From the NCBI RefSeq assembly GCF_030144855.1, contig NC_082712.1, forward strand, positions 22,196,001-22,260,000: DNA of 64,000 bases, read 5' to 3'. The DNA comes from Hypanus sabinus (taxonomy: Eukaryota). A model generated the notes under the pieces. That model was given only the letters and a program-made list of their open reading frames with translations. It had not been told where the DNA came from and did no database searches. Positions 26,088 through 38,727 of the stretch are shown here, one piece after another. The first letter of the stretch is position 1. The number at the start of each line of letters is the position of its first letter. The translations under genes were made by a program, and so were the position numbers.

Positions 26088-26751
26088 ACGCTCAGTGGCC
26101 ACTTTATTATGTACATACGGGAGTTACTTAGCAAAGTGTCTATTGATTCTGGTTCATGGTCTTCTGCTGTAGCGAATCCAATTCAGAGATGCACTTCTTC
26201 ACACCACTGTTGTACCTCACGGTTATTTGCATTCCTAATGCCTTCCTATCAGCTTGAAAAAGTCTGGCCATTCTCCTTTGGCCTCTCTCATTAACAAGAT
26301 GTTTTCACCCACAGAACTCCCGCTACTTGGATACCTTGTTTTGTTTTTCACACCAATCTCTGTTAGCTCTAGAGATCGTTGTGTGTAAAAATCTCAGGAG
26401 ATCAGCAGATTCTGAGATACTCAAACGCCCTGTCTGGAACCAACAATCACTCCACCGTCAAAGTCACTTAGATCACATTTCTTTTCCATCCTGGTGCTTG
26501 GTCTGAACAACAACTGAATCTTTTGACCACGTCTATGGGCTTTTATGCACTGAGCTGCTTCCACATGATTGACTGATTAGATACTTGCCTTAAGAGGCAG
26601 GTATCCAGGTTTACCTAATAAAGTTTAAAGTAAAATTATTATCAATGTACCATACACAACCCTGAGAATCAGTTCCTTGCAGGCATACTCAATAAATCCA
26701 TAAAATAATAACTATAACAGAATCAATGAAAGACTACGGTCACTGGGTGTA
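26088..26751 (-). mobile_element. Non-autonomous Tc1 derivative with a Rex-tail fragment inside one TIR
   Basis: TAcgctcagtggccactttatt at the left; tacctaataaagt[insert about 26625-26737]ggtcactgggtgTA at the right. Confidence 0.85.
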
Positions 26752-26920
26752 AGTAAAATGATTTAACTGGTTATTATCACTTTGATATTTATGAGATATT
26801 AATGTAATGCGTGCTGCATTTTCCAACATAAACAAGCAGTAGGGGATATTTAATCATTTTTCGTCTTTGGCTCTAAATCATTCAGACAATCTATAGGCAA
26901 GCAATAATTGTGACAAATGG
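26752..26920 (+). mobile_element. Highly decayed DeuSINE (SacSINE1/AmnSINE1-like) 3' part
   Basis: atttaactggttattatcactttg and gctgcattttccaacataaacaagcagt resemble the remembered Deu consensus. Confidence 0.4.
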
Positions 26921-27204
26921 AATACATACTCAGTGTCCAACACTAACTGCTTCTTCCAACTTTGCTTGTACCAAGTGTAACATTTTCTATTCCATTTAAC
27001 ACCAATTTGTGGTAGACATCAATCTTCAGCTGGCTCCTACCTCTTATTGAGCACTTAAATATCAGTGTCCTGGGGATTTATTTTGCTGGCTGGAAATTTC
27101 ATAGCTTCTATTTATTACCTTGCAAAACTGTTCTCAAGGAGCTGAGATGATATGATTATAAAAGAGATCTAGTCATTTGGATCTGATCCCAGTGAAGATA
27201 AAAA

Positions 27205-27760
27205 TGGAACTAACTTTAGCGCTTTATATGGCTGCAGGGCATCGCAAAGCTCTTCACAATCAGTAAAATATATTTAAAGTGTAGTCATGGTTGTAGTGTG
27301 GAATCTGATCAGCAATCACTTCACAATTCATCGTTGTTATGCGTGGTGTTGTATCATGTGGGCAATCATGATCTTTCCATGTTCTTGGTAAATCTTTCTA
27401 CAGAAGTGCCTTTACCCCGGCCATTATCAATAGTTTTCAGAGGTGGTCAGTCTAACGTTGATGGTCGCATAACCAGGACTTGTGATATGCACCAGCTGCT
27501 CTGACGACCATCTGCTCCGAACGCTTTATGTGACCCTGATCGGGGAAGGTGCTAATCTTTGCCTAAGGTAACCTGAAGGCTAGTAGAGGGAAGGAGCACC
27601 TTACACCTCTTTCAACAGAGGCTTATCTCCACCTTGCCACCTTCCTGCTTTAACGTCTCCTTTAAAATGTCTCTTCTTTTGAATGCCCTATAGACCTCTC
27701 CTACACTGCTGAAAGCCTTAAGGTTTAAAGTGGGCTAATTCTTTTACTGTTGTGACCTTG
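27205..27760 (-). mobile_element. Decayed DeuSINE split by a younger SINE
   Basis: tagcgcttt..caaagctcttcacaatcagtaaaatatatttaaagtgtagtcatggttgtagtgtggaa, resuming after the insert with tttaacgtctcc. Confidence 0.5.
27328..27641 (-). mobile_element. Second copy of the (GAT)n-tailed SINE-like element
   Basis: Reverse-complement match to 10400-10770, for example aaccaggacttgtgatatgcaccagctgct. Confidence 0.75.
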
Positions 27761-28215
27761 ATTATAATTCATGCTAGATTAACAGGGTGAAGATTTCTTC
27801 TCTGCTTCTTAGTAAAATATGCTTGAGCAACTACTGTTGTAAAAAACACACACACAGACAGTGTCACAACACCCAAAATCACAAACCAACATGTTATAGT
27901 CACGCACATTGGTAACACAGTACAAATGCATATACAGTCACCCTTTCACTCACAAATGTACATCCCTGCAAAATTTTCATTCATACAGTCTCATACTCAC
28001 ATAAGTATTGTACCCTCTCATACAGTAACACATCCGCACTGTCAGACTCTCATCCTATGCCATACACAGACATTCCCACAAACCCAATCACATAATCAGA
28101 CAAGTGTGCACACACGGTCATATTTGCATTCGCAGAAATGCACATACATGTGCACGCAAGATCACACACACGTGTACATTCCCACTTATACTTACTACAA
28201 GGTTCCACCCACCAT

Positions 28216-28230
28216 ACACACACACACACA

Positions 28231-28297
<67 letters not shown>
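28216..28297. repeat. Compound microsatellite, (AC)8 followed by about (TC)32
   Basis: Seen directly. Confidence 0.98.
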
Positions 28298-28300
<3 letters not shown>

Positions 28301-30214
28301 GATGAACTGCAGGTAAATTCTACTGCTGCTATTGTTTTCTGGACCTCTACAGATGGGAAAAATCAGATATGGCTCACAGAGCAACATGACTCAGGGCTCT
28401 TTTAAGCAGCTGACTTAACACAAGCAAACTTATAATATTGAATATAGTGTTACGTAATAGGGTATCTGTAACTAATGTGCTTTAACTCTAAAATGCAGTT
28501 GCTGGCTTCTTTCTCAGTCAATTCTCCTTGGAATTTCCTTGCAGCTATAGTTTTAAGTCCAAACATTACTTATTCTATAAATCTTCTTCTTCTGTTTAAT
28601 GGGGGTTGACAGAGCAATGTAGTACATTACCATCACCGACTGAGCATCATTCAAGCACAGCAAATACTTTTCATCCAGAAATTCTTCCTCCAACATCTCT
28701 TTTTGTCACAATTTTGTCACTACAACTTCACATAGTACTATCAGAATTAAAATCCCCTGACCATTAGCGAACAATCTTCTAGCATTCCATTGAAAGTTTT
28801 AAAAAAAAGGAAATGAAAAGGAAAATAATCCATTAACAACCCTTCTCTGGCTATTAGTTAACAGGCTTCTAGCATTCTATTGTAAAGGAAAGAAAAGGAA
28901 GAAAAAGACATTAACAGCTTTTCTTTGAAGTCTGAATATTATTGTGTTACTTTGCTTTTGTCATTGTCATTTAATACAGGCCCAGATGAAAAGTTTTTTT
29001 AAAGTTCAGAGTTAATTTATCATCAAAGTCTGTATATCATACATGACCTTGAGATTCATCTTCTTGCAGGCAGCCACAAAACAAAGAAACACAATGGAAA
29101 CCGTGAAAAGAACACCATAGCACAAGGACCGTCAAACATCCAATTTGCAACAAAAAACAACAAATCATGCAAATAATTTTAAAAAGTAAACAAATAGCAC
29201 AAAAACATGAACTGATGTGTCCCTGGAAGTAATTCCACAGCCACAGAGCCAGTCGGCGCTGAGGTAAGTGAAGCCAGTCCAGGAGGTCGCTGGCTACCAG
29301 CCACAGCCATGGAATCAGTTTACTGCTGAGACCAGTGATGCCAAAACAGGAGCCTGAGAACAGTAGGGCAACAACTCCTCCCAAGCTTGGCGGCGTGGAC
29401 ACAGGATTCCTGCATCACCCAAAATGAATGAGTACTTCAGGATTTCCATGTTAGCCAACAGATAAAGTTGTCACTCTGGAGCCCACAGCACACTGCAATA
29501 GAAATTTCAGTCTTCTGTGGCCGGTTTTTGATTAACCATGATTATGCACTCTTGCTGCAAACATCCAGCTACAGTAACACAGGATGACAGTGACTCAGCA
29601 AAGGTGATCACTTCTGCAATAGGAAATACAAAGGGATGGTTTGTAATGGGTGGGGAATGTTTATAATGAATAGGAAAGGTTTAGAATTGATGGAAAGGAT
29701 AGAAGTTCCCAATCTTCCATATGTCATGGACCAATACCTTTAAGCAAAGGGTCCATGGACCCCAGGTTAGGACCCCGTGGTTTATTGAGATATAGGCCAA
29801 GCACAGACAAATGGGATAGGCTCAAGTAGATAACTAGTTCATCATAAACGAAATTGACTAAAGGGCCTTCTGTCCAGTATAACTCAATGACTATGAACAC
29901 TGGTGCAGTTTGGAAATTGTATCTAAAGTTGGATCATTTTATATGTGCAGATTAGAAGGAGCTTCACTTTGAACTATCCAGTAGCTCTCATCAGTAACAC
30001 CAAGAACAAAATCTATTCTTCTGCTGTTACAGAGCAAACATTTAGTGCTAAATGTAAGAGAGGCCATGATGTGAATGGAAACTTTTGCCATATGAAAGTA
30101 TTTTGTGCAAAGTTAACGTGGTTATCTCAGCAGATTTAAGGTGAGAGCCTACCATTTTGGTAATAAAATAAGATGATCTCTGTTCCAAAGACAATGAATG
30201 CTAATGCAACTTCT

Positions 30215-30850
30215 ACCCTCCTCTACATTGGTGGTGATCTCAAGGAGACCTCCTCTACTTTGGTGTGTATTGGGAGACCGCTTCATCAAGCACCTCTGCT
30301 CCATCCACCAAAAGTGGAAATTCCCAGAGATTCTCATTCCTATTGTGATGCGTTGGTCCATGGCCAAAATGAGGCTGCCTTCAGGGTGGAGGAGCAACAC
30401 CTTACATTCTGTCTGGGTAGTCTTGAACCTGACGACATTAATATTGATTTCTCCTTCTGGTTTAAAAAAAACTCTCCCCTCTCCTCTTCTTCTATTTCCC
30501 ACTCTGGCATCTTACCCCTTCTCATCTGCCTATCACCTCCTCTGGTGGCCCTTCCTTCTTCCCTTCTCCTATGGTCCAGTCTCCTCTCCTTTCAGATTCC
30601 TTCATCTCCACCCCTTTAACTTTGCTACACGCCTGGCTTCAGATTATCTATTTCTAGCTATCCTCCTTCCCCCCACCCCCACCACATTTTTAATCTGGAG
30701 TCTTCCCCCTTCCTTTCCAATCCTAAAGAAGGGTCTCGACCTGAAAAGTTGACTGTACATTCATTCCCTTAGATGCTGCCTGATCTGCAGAGTTCTTCCA
30801 GCATTTTGTGTGTATTACTTCGGATTTCCAGCATCTGCAGAATCTCTTGT
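30215..30850 (+). mobile_element. Penelope-like 3' fragment
   Basis: LLYIG and EEQHLTFCLGSLEPDDINIDFS, then a pLTR unit with a decayed hammerhead motif at about 30718. Confidence 0.8.
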
Positions 30851-31611
30851 GCTAGTGCAACTTCTATTCACCCAGTAGCTCTCTAATACTGCGCTCCATT
30901 GCACTAACTCCTGTTGTTCACAAAACCACTCACTATTCACTTTTCAATGCCACTACTGTTACAGAGGGCCAGCAACCATCAGTCCTGCTTCATTTATCAG
31001 GATTGACAATCTGAGTGAATGTGGCACATTTTATTAACAGCTGTATTTCCCTGAGGTTGACAAGTCTGTGTGCATAAATGATGTGAACGGTTTAATTGTA
31101 TATCACATGTCATATTTTTATCCCAATTAACTGAGCAGGCAAGAGAAAGAAATGTGAGGTGCAGCTACAAGGATTCACTCTCCATTTGCTGGTTTGAACC
31201 ACTATGTGCTGGCTGCAACATTGGTAAATAGTTCTTTATCTCAGAGTCCAAAAACCAGGTCAAAGAATGGGTAACCTGCACATAACCTTCCCAGCCTTTA
31301 TAAGGTGCAGGCTGGCTGCACTGTGGAATTTACTTGACTGGAGCTTCAAGAAAATTAACTAAGATAAGGCAGCCTGCTTAATGAGTGGCCCAACTATCAC
31401 CCTAAACTCCTATCCACTCCAGCACTGGAGTGTGTACCACCCACAAAGTATACAAGCAACGAGTTTCCAAACTCATGACATTAATTACTAGAGAGAAGTG
31501 AATGCCAGGTTATTGCCCCCACCTGCCCATGTGATCTAGGGCTGCCAATGCACAGGATCAGAGGGTTGTGAACTCAGCCAACACCATTATGGGCACTGGC
31601 CTACCCACCAT

Positions 31612-32000
31612 CTATAAGACCATACAACATAGGAGCAGAATGAAACCATTCAGCCCATCGAGTCTGCTCCCCTGTTCCATTATGGCTGATTTACTATCCA
31701 CCTCAATCTCATTTCCCTGCATTCTCCCCATAACAGTTGACACCTTTATTAATCAAAAAACTATCAACTTCTGCTTTAAATACACATAATGACTCGGCCT
31801 CCACAGCTGTCTGTGGCAATGAATTCCACAGATTCACCTCCCTCTGGGTAAAAAATTTCTTGCTCATCACTTTTCTGAAAGGATGTCCTATTCTGAGGCT
31901 GTGCCCTCGGGTGCAAGACTGCCCCACTATAAGAAACATCCTTTCCATGTTCACTCTATCTAGGTCTTTCTGTTATGTTGAGACACCCCCTCATCCTTCT
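31612..32000 (-). mobile_element. CR1 3' end nested in a Rex fragment (about 31560-32360)
   Basis: ORF 31709-31954 TRGHSLRI..FFTQREVNLWNSLP. Confidence 0.85.
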
Positions 32001-32639
32001 AAACACCATCTAGTTCAGCACCATTGAGGGCATCTTCAAAGTGCGACATTTTGAGTAGATGGCATCCATCACTAAGGACTCTCACCATCAAAAACATGTC
32101 TCTTCTCATTACTAGCAACAGGGCAGAGCCTGAAGACACATACTCAATAGTTTAAATGGAAAAAAAATGTCCTCCACCACCAGATTTCTAAACGGTTTGT
32201 GATCCCTTGAACACTACCTCATCATTTTACTCTCTTTATGCACAACTTTATATTTCTTATTGTAACTGATAGAATACTTTGTGTATTGAAATGTACATCT
32301 ATAATAAAACAAAAACTTTATGACATATGTCAGTGATAGTAAATCTGCTTTTGATTCTGGCTGCTTCCTCATCTTCCACCAAGTTTGGTCTGCACATATA
32401 TCGCTGTTTCTTCATTGTTGGTGGGAGACGTGGCTCCGGCAATTGGGGTTTGATCCTGATCTCTGGTGTTGTCGGTGTGGAGTTTGCATGCAGCCCCCCC
32501 CCATCCACCTGGGTCTATTCCTGAGTGCTCACATGTCAATGATATCTTGATGGAGTTAATTGGCAGCAGTAAACTACTTCTAGTGTAGGTCTGTGGTATG
32601 AAACTTAACTGCAGCAGAAAGGAGGACTTGTTGCTAAAG

Positions 32640-33072
32640 ATGACCAGTGCATCACCAGCACAAGCCTACCTTCCATCAATGGCATATACCGAGAGAGGTG
32701 CCAAAAAAAGGCCAGCAATATCACAAAGGATCCTGCCCTTCCTGCTCATGAACTGTCCATCCCACTCCCATCAGGGAGGAGGCTATGCAGTTTTCAAACC
32801 AGGACCACTAGATTCAAAAGCAGTTACTTTCTACAAGCCGTCAGGCTGATCAAAATACCTGCACACATTAACCCACCCTACCACTACATATATATCAGCT
32901 AGTGTCACTTTATGTACATATTTTGTAGGATTGATTTTATATTTTTATTTATTGTATCTTTTGTGTTCCTTATGCTTATTGTTTTTTTTTATTGCTGCAT
33001 CAGACTTGGAGCAACACTCATTTCCTTTTCCTTTACGCTGGTGTAATGAAGTATGACAATAAACAATCTTGA
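32640..33072 (+). mobile_element. Rex/Babar-type 3' fragment
   Basis: ctcccatcagggaggaggcta (LPSGRR); tail gacaataaacaatcttgaa. Confidence 0.65.
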
Positions 33073-33374
33073 AGACCATCGTGGGCAGTCAATGGGAGAG
33101 AACAGCTTACAAGAGAATGAGAGGAGAATGCACCTGGGAGCAGCGAAGGATCAATGGTTTTTTTTTGTTTTCTAAAGGATGATTAAAAAAACACCTTAGA
33201 ATTCTTACCCAACAGCACTGGGGGAGTAGATACAATGGCCAAGAATTCTGCTCTCTTTCATCTTTTCATGAGTTACTGAGAATAAGCATTAACAGCTGGG
33301 CATTCATGCCTCCCATGCTCTCCCCTGCAAGTACCAAGGGGAAGATTATTTACTTATTTATTATTTAGAGACAC

Positions 33375-33603
33375 AGTGCAGTAACAGACCCTTTGGGCCA
33401 ACGAACCCATACCGCCCAATTACACCCATGCGACCAATTAACATCCTCACCCATATGTCTTTGGGATGTGAGTGGAAACCTGAACACTTCGAAGAACCCC
33501 TCGAGGTTGCCGGGATAATATACAAATTCCTGACAGACAGTGGTAGGAATTGGACCTGGGTTGCTGGTGTTGTAATAGTGTTGCACTCACTACCCTGCTG
33601 CCC
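33375..33603 (-). mobile_element. V-SINE (HE1-like)
   Basis: Reverse complement of the family at 8350; other copies at about 32425-32600, 36440-36610 and 56520-56680. Confidence 0.7.
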
Positions 33604-35091
33604 CATGAAAAAAAAATTCTGTTTGCCTCAACCTTTCTTTTACAAAGAAAAACGGAATCCAATGTAAAGTGATCAGACGGTTTATTACAGACTTTAACAC
33701 AATTTAGTAAAAGGCACATTACACGTATAATCTAATATAATTTGTTAAATCTGTCAATTGCCAACTATCCCCTCCTATAATATCCCTTTAGATTTTCTGT
33801 TGTACAATTAGTCTTGCAGACAGCACAAGACTTGAGGAGAATCTTATCAGGTGTCACTAATAGGTCAGAAAGAAAACTCTTTGGTTTAAAGGCTTATGAT
33901 TAATTTGAGGGAAGTGTTTAGTGCAGAAGGCTTGCAAAGAGCAGATCCCTTTGAAAATTTGATTCACATAGCTCCTCACAAAAGAGAGTTCCTTGTGTCA
34001 TGTTTGACAAGCTGTGGCCTAATTGAAGGGGATGAATTGTTATGGTTAGTTAGTTACTCCATTTTCAGTATAAATTGTGACAAAAATGATTGCAGAAGAA
34101 AACTAAACAGATAATGGCCTCCCTGACTTCTCTTTCTAGCTTCTTCCCCATTCTCTTCCAGATCTAATGAAGGATCTCAGCCCAAAACATTGAATGTTTA
34201 TTCGTCTCCCCAGATGCCACCTAACTTGGAGATCCCCCAGCATTTTATCTATGTCACAATGGCCTTCCTTTATCAAGCAATTAAATATTCTTATTAAATA
34301 CATTTTTTTCAAATGGATATTTTCATAAGTATTCCCAGCAAAGGAAAAAAATATTTCAGGTAATGTTTACAGAGTTAGTTAGTACAACGATTAACCTGAC
34401 TCAAGCAAAGCTAGTGGGAGGAGAGTTTTTCTAGCATTGCCTATATATGTCCTCCTTAGATCTCCCAATATATCACTGGCACATTCCTCCCTACCGCCAG
34501 AAGTATCTACATAAGGCGCTGATGGGCATCAAAGGTCTCTACCATCTAGGCTGTGTCATCTTTTTGCAGCTACCGTTTGGCAGGAACTACAGAAGACTGA
34601 AGTCCCACACCACCAGGTTCAAGATCAGTTACTCCCCTTCAACCATTCGGTCAATCTGCACAACCCTAATCACTACCTCAGTACAGCAAAGCCATGAGCA
34701 CCTTGCACTATTCAAAAGAAAATGATTTTAAAAAATCAAAATGATGAACTTTTAAAATTAAATACCAAAATCAATCAAAAACATATATCGCAAAATTAAT
34801 TCAAAATATGAGGAACACACACAAAAACCCAGTCCTGCCAAAGGGTTTCAGCCTGAAACATTGACTGTACTTTTTCCCATAGATGCTGTCTCCAGTATTT
34901 TGTGTGTGTTGTTAAGATTTCAGGAATCTGCATATTTTCTTTTGTTCAAAGTACGAGGTGTGATTGCCATTGTTTTCCAATTGATTTTCAATCATGTGAC
35001 AGGAGGTGGTGCCAGAGCATGGTGATTCACTGTTGCTGCTCCGTGCAGGTCAGCTCATTGCTTCTAGTATAATCCTTCTACTCTTTTATGT

Positions 35092-35655
35092 CCACACTCC
35101 CTGGCCACTTCATTAGGCACATCTGTGCGTTAATGCAAATATCGAATCAGCCAACCATGTGGCAGCAACTCAATGCATCAAAACATACAGACATGGTCAA
35201 GAGGTTCAGTTGTCGCTGGGAGCAACTATCGGGAAGGAATGTGATCTTAAGGACTATGACCGTGGAATGATTGTTGGTGCCAGATGCGGTGGTTTGAGTA
35301 TCTCAGAAGCTGCTGATCTCCTGGGATGTTCACGCTCAGCAGTCTCTAGGGTTTACAGAGAATGATGCAAGAAACAAAAACCATTGAGTGAGCAGGAGTT
35401 CTGTGGCTGCGAACACCCTTTCCATGTGAGTGGTCGAGGGAGAATGGTCAGACTGGTTCAAGCTGTCTGGAAGGAGACAAGAACGCAGATAAACACGTGT
35501 TACAACAGTGATGTACAAAAGAGCACCTCTAAATGTACAACATGATGAACTTCAAGTAGATGGGCTACAGCAACAGAAAACCACGAACATGCTGTATAGT
35601 TAATGGCCACTTTATTAGGTACAGGACATACCTAAAAAAAGTGGCCATTCAGCTT
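35092..35655 (+). mobile_element. Non-autonomous Tc1 derivative
   Basis: ORF 35159-35365 has GKECDLKDYDRGMIVGARCGGLSISEAADLLGCSRSAVSRVYRE (Tc1 paired-like HTH); TIRs at both ends. Confidence 0.9.
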
Positions 35656-37071
35656 AAATTCTCTGTCTCTAAGAAGACTTTATTCTTCACTCAGTTACTG
35701 CATTAGGTTGCACTAGCTCAATGCTCCATGGTAATGAGCTAATCTGTATGAACAGTATGCAAGAGAAGTGTTACACTGTATTTTGGCACATGTGACCATA
35801 ATAAACAAAAGCAATTTATCGTCCTATGCAACTTAATTTAAATAATTCATTTTTTGAGAGCTGGGCATCATTGGCAAAGCCAGTATTTATCAACCATCCT
35901 TCATTGCCCTTGAAAAAAGTGTAGGGATCCACATTCTTGAACCATTGTATTCCATAAGACCATAAGACAAAGGAGCAGAATTAGGCCATTGGGCCCATCG
36001 AGTCTGTGCCACCATTCCATTATGGCTGATCCCGGGTCCCATTCGGCCCTTCTCGCCATATCCTTCTGGTAGATATTCTGTTGTGGAGGGAGTTCCCAAT
36101 TTAAACACAATGATGGCGCAGGTCTGTGTTTATTTATGAGCTGGAATAATTTGCAGCTTGGAGAGGAACTTTCAGGTGGTGGTGCCCCATTGTATCCAGT
36201 GTCCTTGTCCTTCTCGTTGTAGATTTGAAGGGGACTGATGTCAGTGGACAAGGCAAGTATTTTCAATGGCTTCTGTCAATGGTACGTGCGGTAGCAGTTG
36301 TGCATTGGTGGTGGAGAGAATGAAGTTTGAGGATGGTTGATGAGGTGTCAGTAAAGCAGGATTCTATGTCCTGGATGGTGATGTGCTTATTTGTTTGTTT
36401 TATTTGGTAGCAGGCCCTTCCATCCTAATGAGCACTTGTCACATAATTACTCCAATGTGGCCAATGAACCTACCAAACCATACGCCTTTGGAATGTGGTA
36501 GGAACCTGGAAAACACCCATGCGGTCACGGAGAGAACATCCAAGTTCCTTACAGACAGAGGCGGAACAGAAACCAGGTCACGGGCACTGCAACAGACTCC
36601 ACTCTGCCGCGCTTTATTTACTTTTTGTTGTTTGTTTATTGAGAAACTGCGCAGAATAGGCCCCTCCAGTCCTTCAAGCACTGCCGCACCAACAGCCTCC
36701 AATTTAATCCTAGTCTATTCATTAAAAATTTTACAATGATCAATTAACCTACCACCAAATATGTCTTTGGACTGTGGGGAAAAAGCAGAGCCAGTGGAAT
36801 CCCATGCATTCTTCCCAAATAATTCATGTGGCACTGCTGTGAGCAGGGTGATTGAAAGTTTTCAGACTCTATTCATCCAGGCAGATGGAGAGTATTTTAT
36901 CATGCTCCTGACTTTGACTTGTGCCTTGCAGATGGTGGAAAGGCATTGGATCATCAGGAGGTGAATTTCTTGCTGCTGGATACTCAGCCTCTGATCTGAC
37001 ATTGCTCTTAATGTTCTAGAGGTGCAGATGCTGAAACCTGGAGAAATACACAGCCAGGTGCAGTAACTCAG

Positions 37072-38283
37072 TATTTTAGGTGGTGACGAGACGGCGTTCA
37101 GGCGTGAGATATGCCAACTAGTGGAATGGTGCTGCAGCAACAACCTGGCACTCACCATCAGTAAGACCAAAGAGCTGATTGTGGACTTCAGGAAGGGTAA
37201 GACGAAGGAACACATACCAATCCTCATAGAGGGATCAGAAGTGGAGAGAGTGAGCAGCTTCAAGTTCCTCGGTGTCAAGATCTCTGAGGATCTAACCTGG
37301 ATCCAATAGTCATAAAGAAGGCAAGACAACGGCTATACTTAATTAGGAGTTTGAAGAGATTTGGCATGACAACAAATACACTCAAAAACTTCTATAGCTG
37401 TACCATGGAGAGCATTCGGACAGGCTACATCACTGTCTGGTATGGAAGGGCTACTGCACAGCACTGATAGAGACTGCAGAAGTTTGTAAATCTAGTCATC
37501 TCCATCTTGGGCACTAGCCTACAAGGTACCCAGGACATCTTTAGGGAGCGGTGTCTCTGAAAGACAGCGTCAATTATTAAGGACCTCCAGTACCCAGGGC
37601 ATGCCCTTTCCTCATTGTTACCATCAGGTAGGAGATACAGAAGCCTGAAGACACACACTCAGTGATCCAAGAACAGCTTCTACCCCTCTGCCATTGGATT
37701 CCTAAATGGACATTAAAGCTTTGGACATTACCTCACTTTTTTTTAATATACAGTATTTGCATGCCATCTTGGACAATGTCTCCCATCCACTCTATAATGT
37801 ACTGGTTAGGCACAGGAGTACATTCAGCCAGAGACTCATTCCACCGAGATGCAACACTGAGCGTCATAGGAAGTTATTCATGCCTGTGGCCATCAAACTT
37901 TACAACTCCTCCCTCGGAGTGTCAAACTCCCTGAGCCAATAGGCTGGTCCTGGACTAATTTCTACTTGGCATTATTTACTTATTATCATTTAATTATTTA
38001 TGATTTCATATTGCGATATTTCTACACTATTCTTGGTTGGTACGACTGTAATGAAACCCAATTTCCCTCGGGATCAATAAAGTATATCTGTCTGTCTGTC
38101 TGTCTGTCTGTCAGTCTGTCTTCTGTTTTTCTCACATTTTTAAAAAACCTATTCAACACACGTAATGGATTTATTTATTATTATGTTTTATTTTATTTGT
38201 TAATTTCCCCCCTCTCTTGTTAACTGCTGCTGCTAAGTTAACAAATTTCACATCACATGCTGGTGATAATAAACCTGATTCTG
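37072..38283 (+). mobile_element. Rex/Babar LINE 3' part with a second Rex1 3' fragment nested at about 37756-38115
   Basis: EWCCSNNLALTISKTKELIVDFRK..VERVSSFKFLGV. The nested piece is closely similar to 22400-22738 and has a (gtct)n tail. Confidence 0.85.
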
Positions 38284-38727
38284 AACAGGCAAAGGGATGG
38301 TCAACATTTCAGATTGTGATCCTGTTTCAGAAGCGAGAAGGAAGGGAAAATAGGGAGAACCAGTCTGAGGATGGTACTTGGGCGTGAAATCAAAGGAGGG
38401 ATGTGAAATGTGCCACATTTAAAGACAAGGAAGAGGAGGAGCCCACACAGCATTAATCTAAAGGATAGTCAACAATTTGGGACTGGTGCACGGACTCAAC
38501 CTAAAACATCGACTACCCTTCTACCTCCTGATCCATTCAGTTTCCCCAGCAGCAAGAACTGCACCTACTTCTGGAGCAAAGGTCTGAAGTTCTACTGCCA
38601 GAATGCTGTTTGGACTTGCAGTCATTATTGCATCTGGTGCTCTCAGACATTTAAGGTCATAGTCATAGAGCACTACCACACAGAAACAGGGCCTCCAACC
38701 CACCTTGTCCATGCCATCTATTATTCT

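Noticed and set aside
28118-28387. ER-repeat and SL-repeat ORFs
   Set aside because: Translations of the (TC)n microsatellite.
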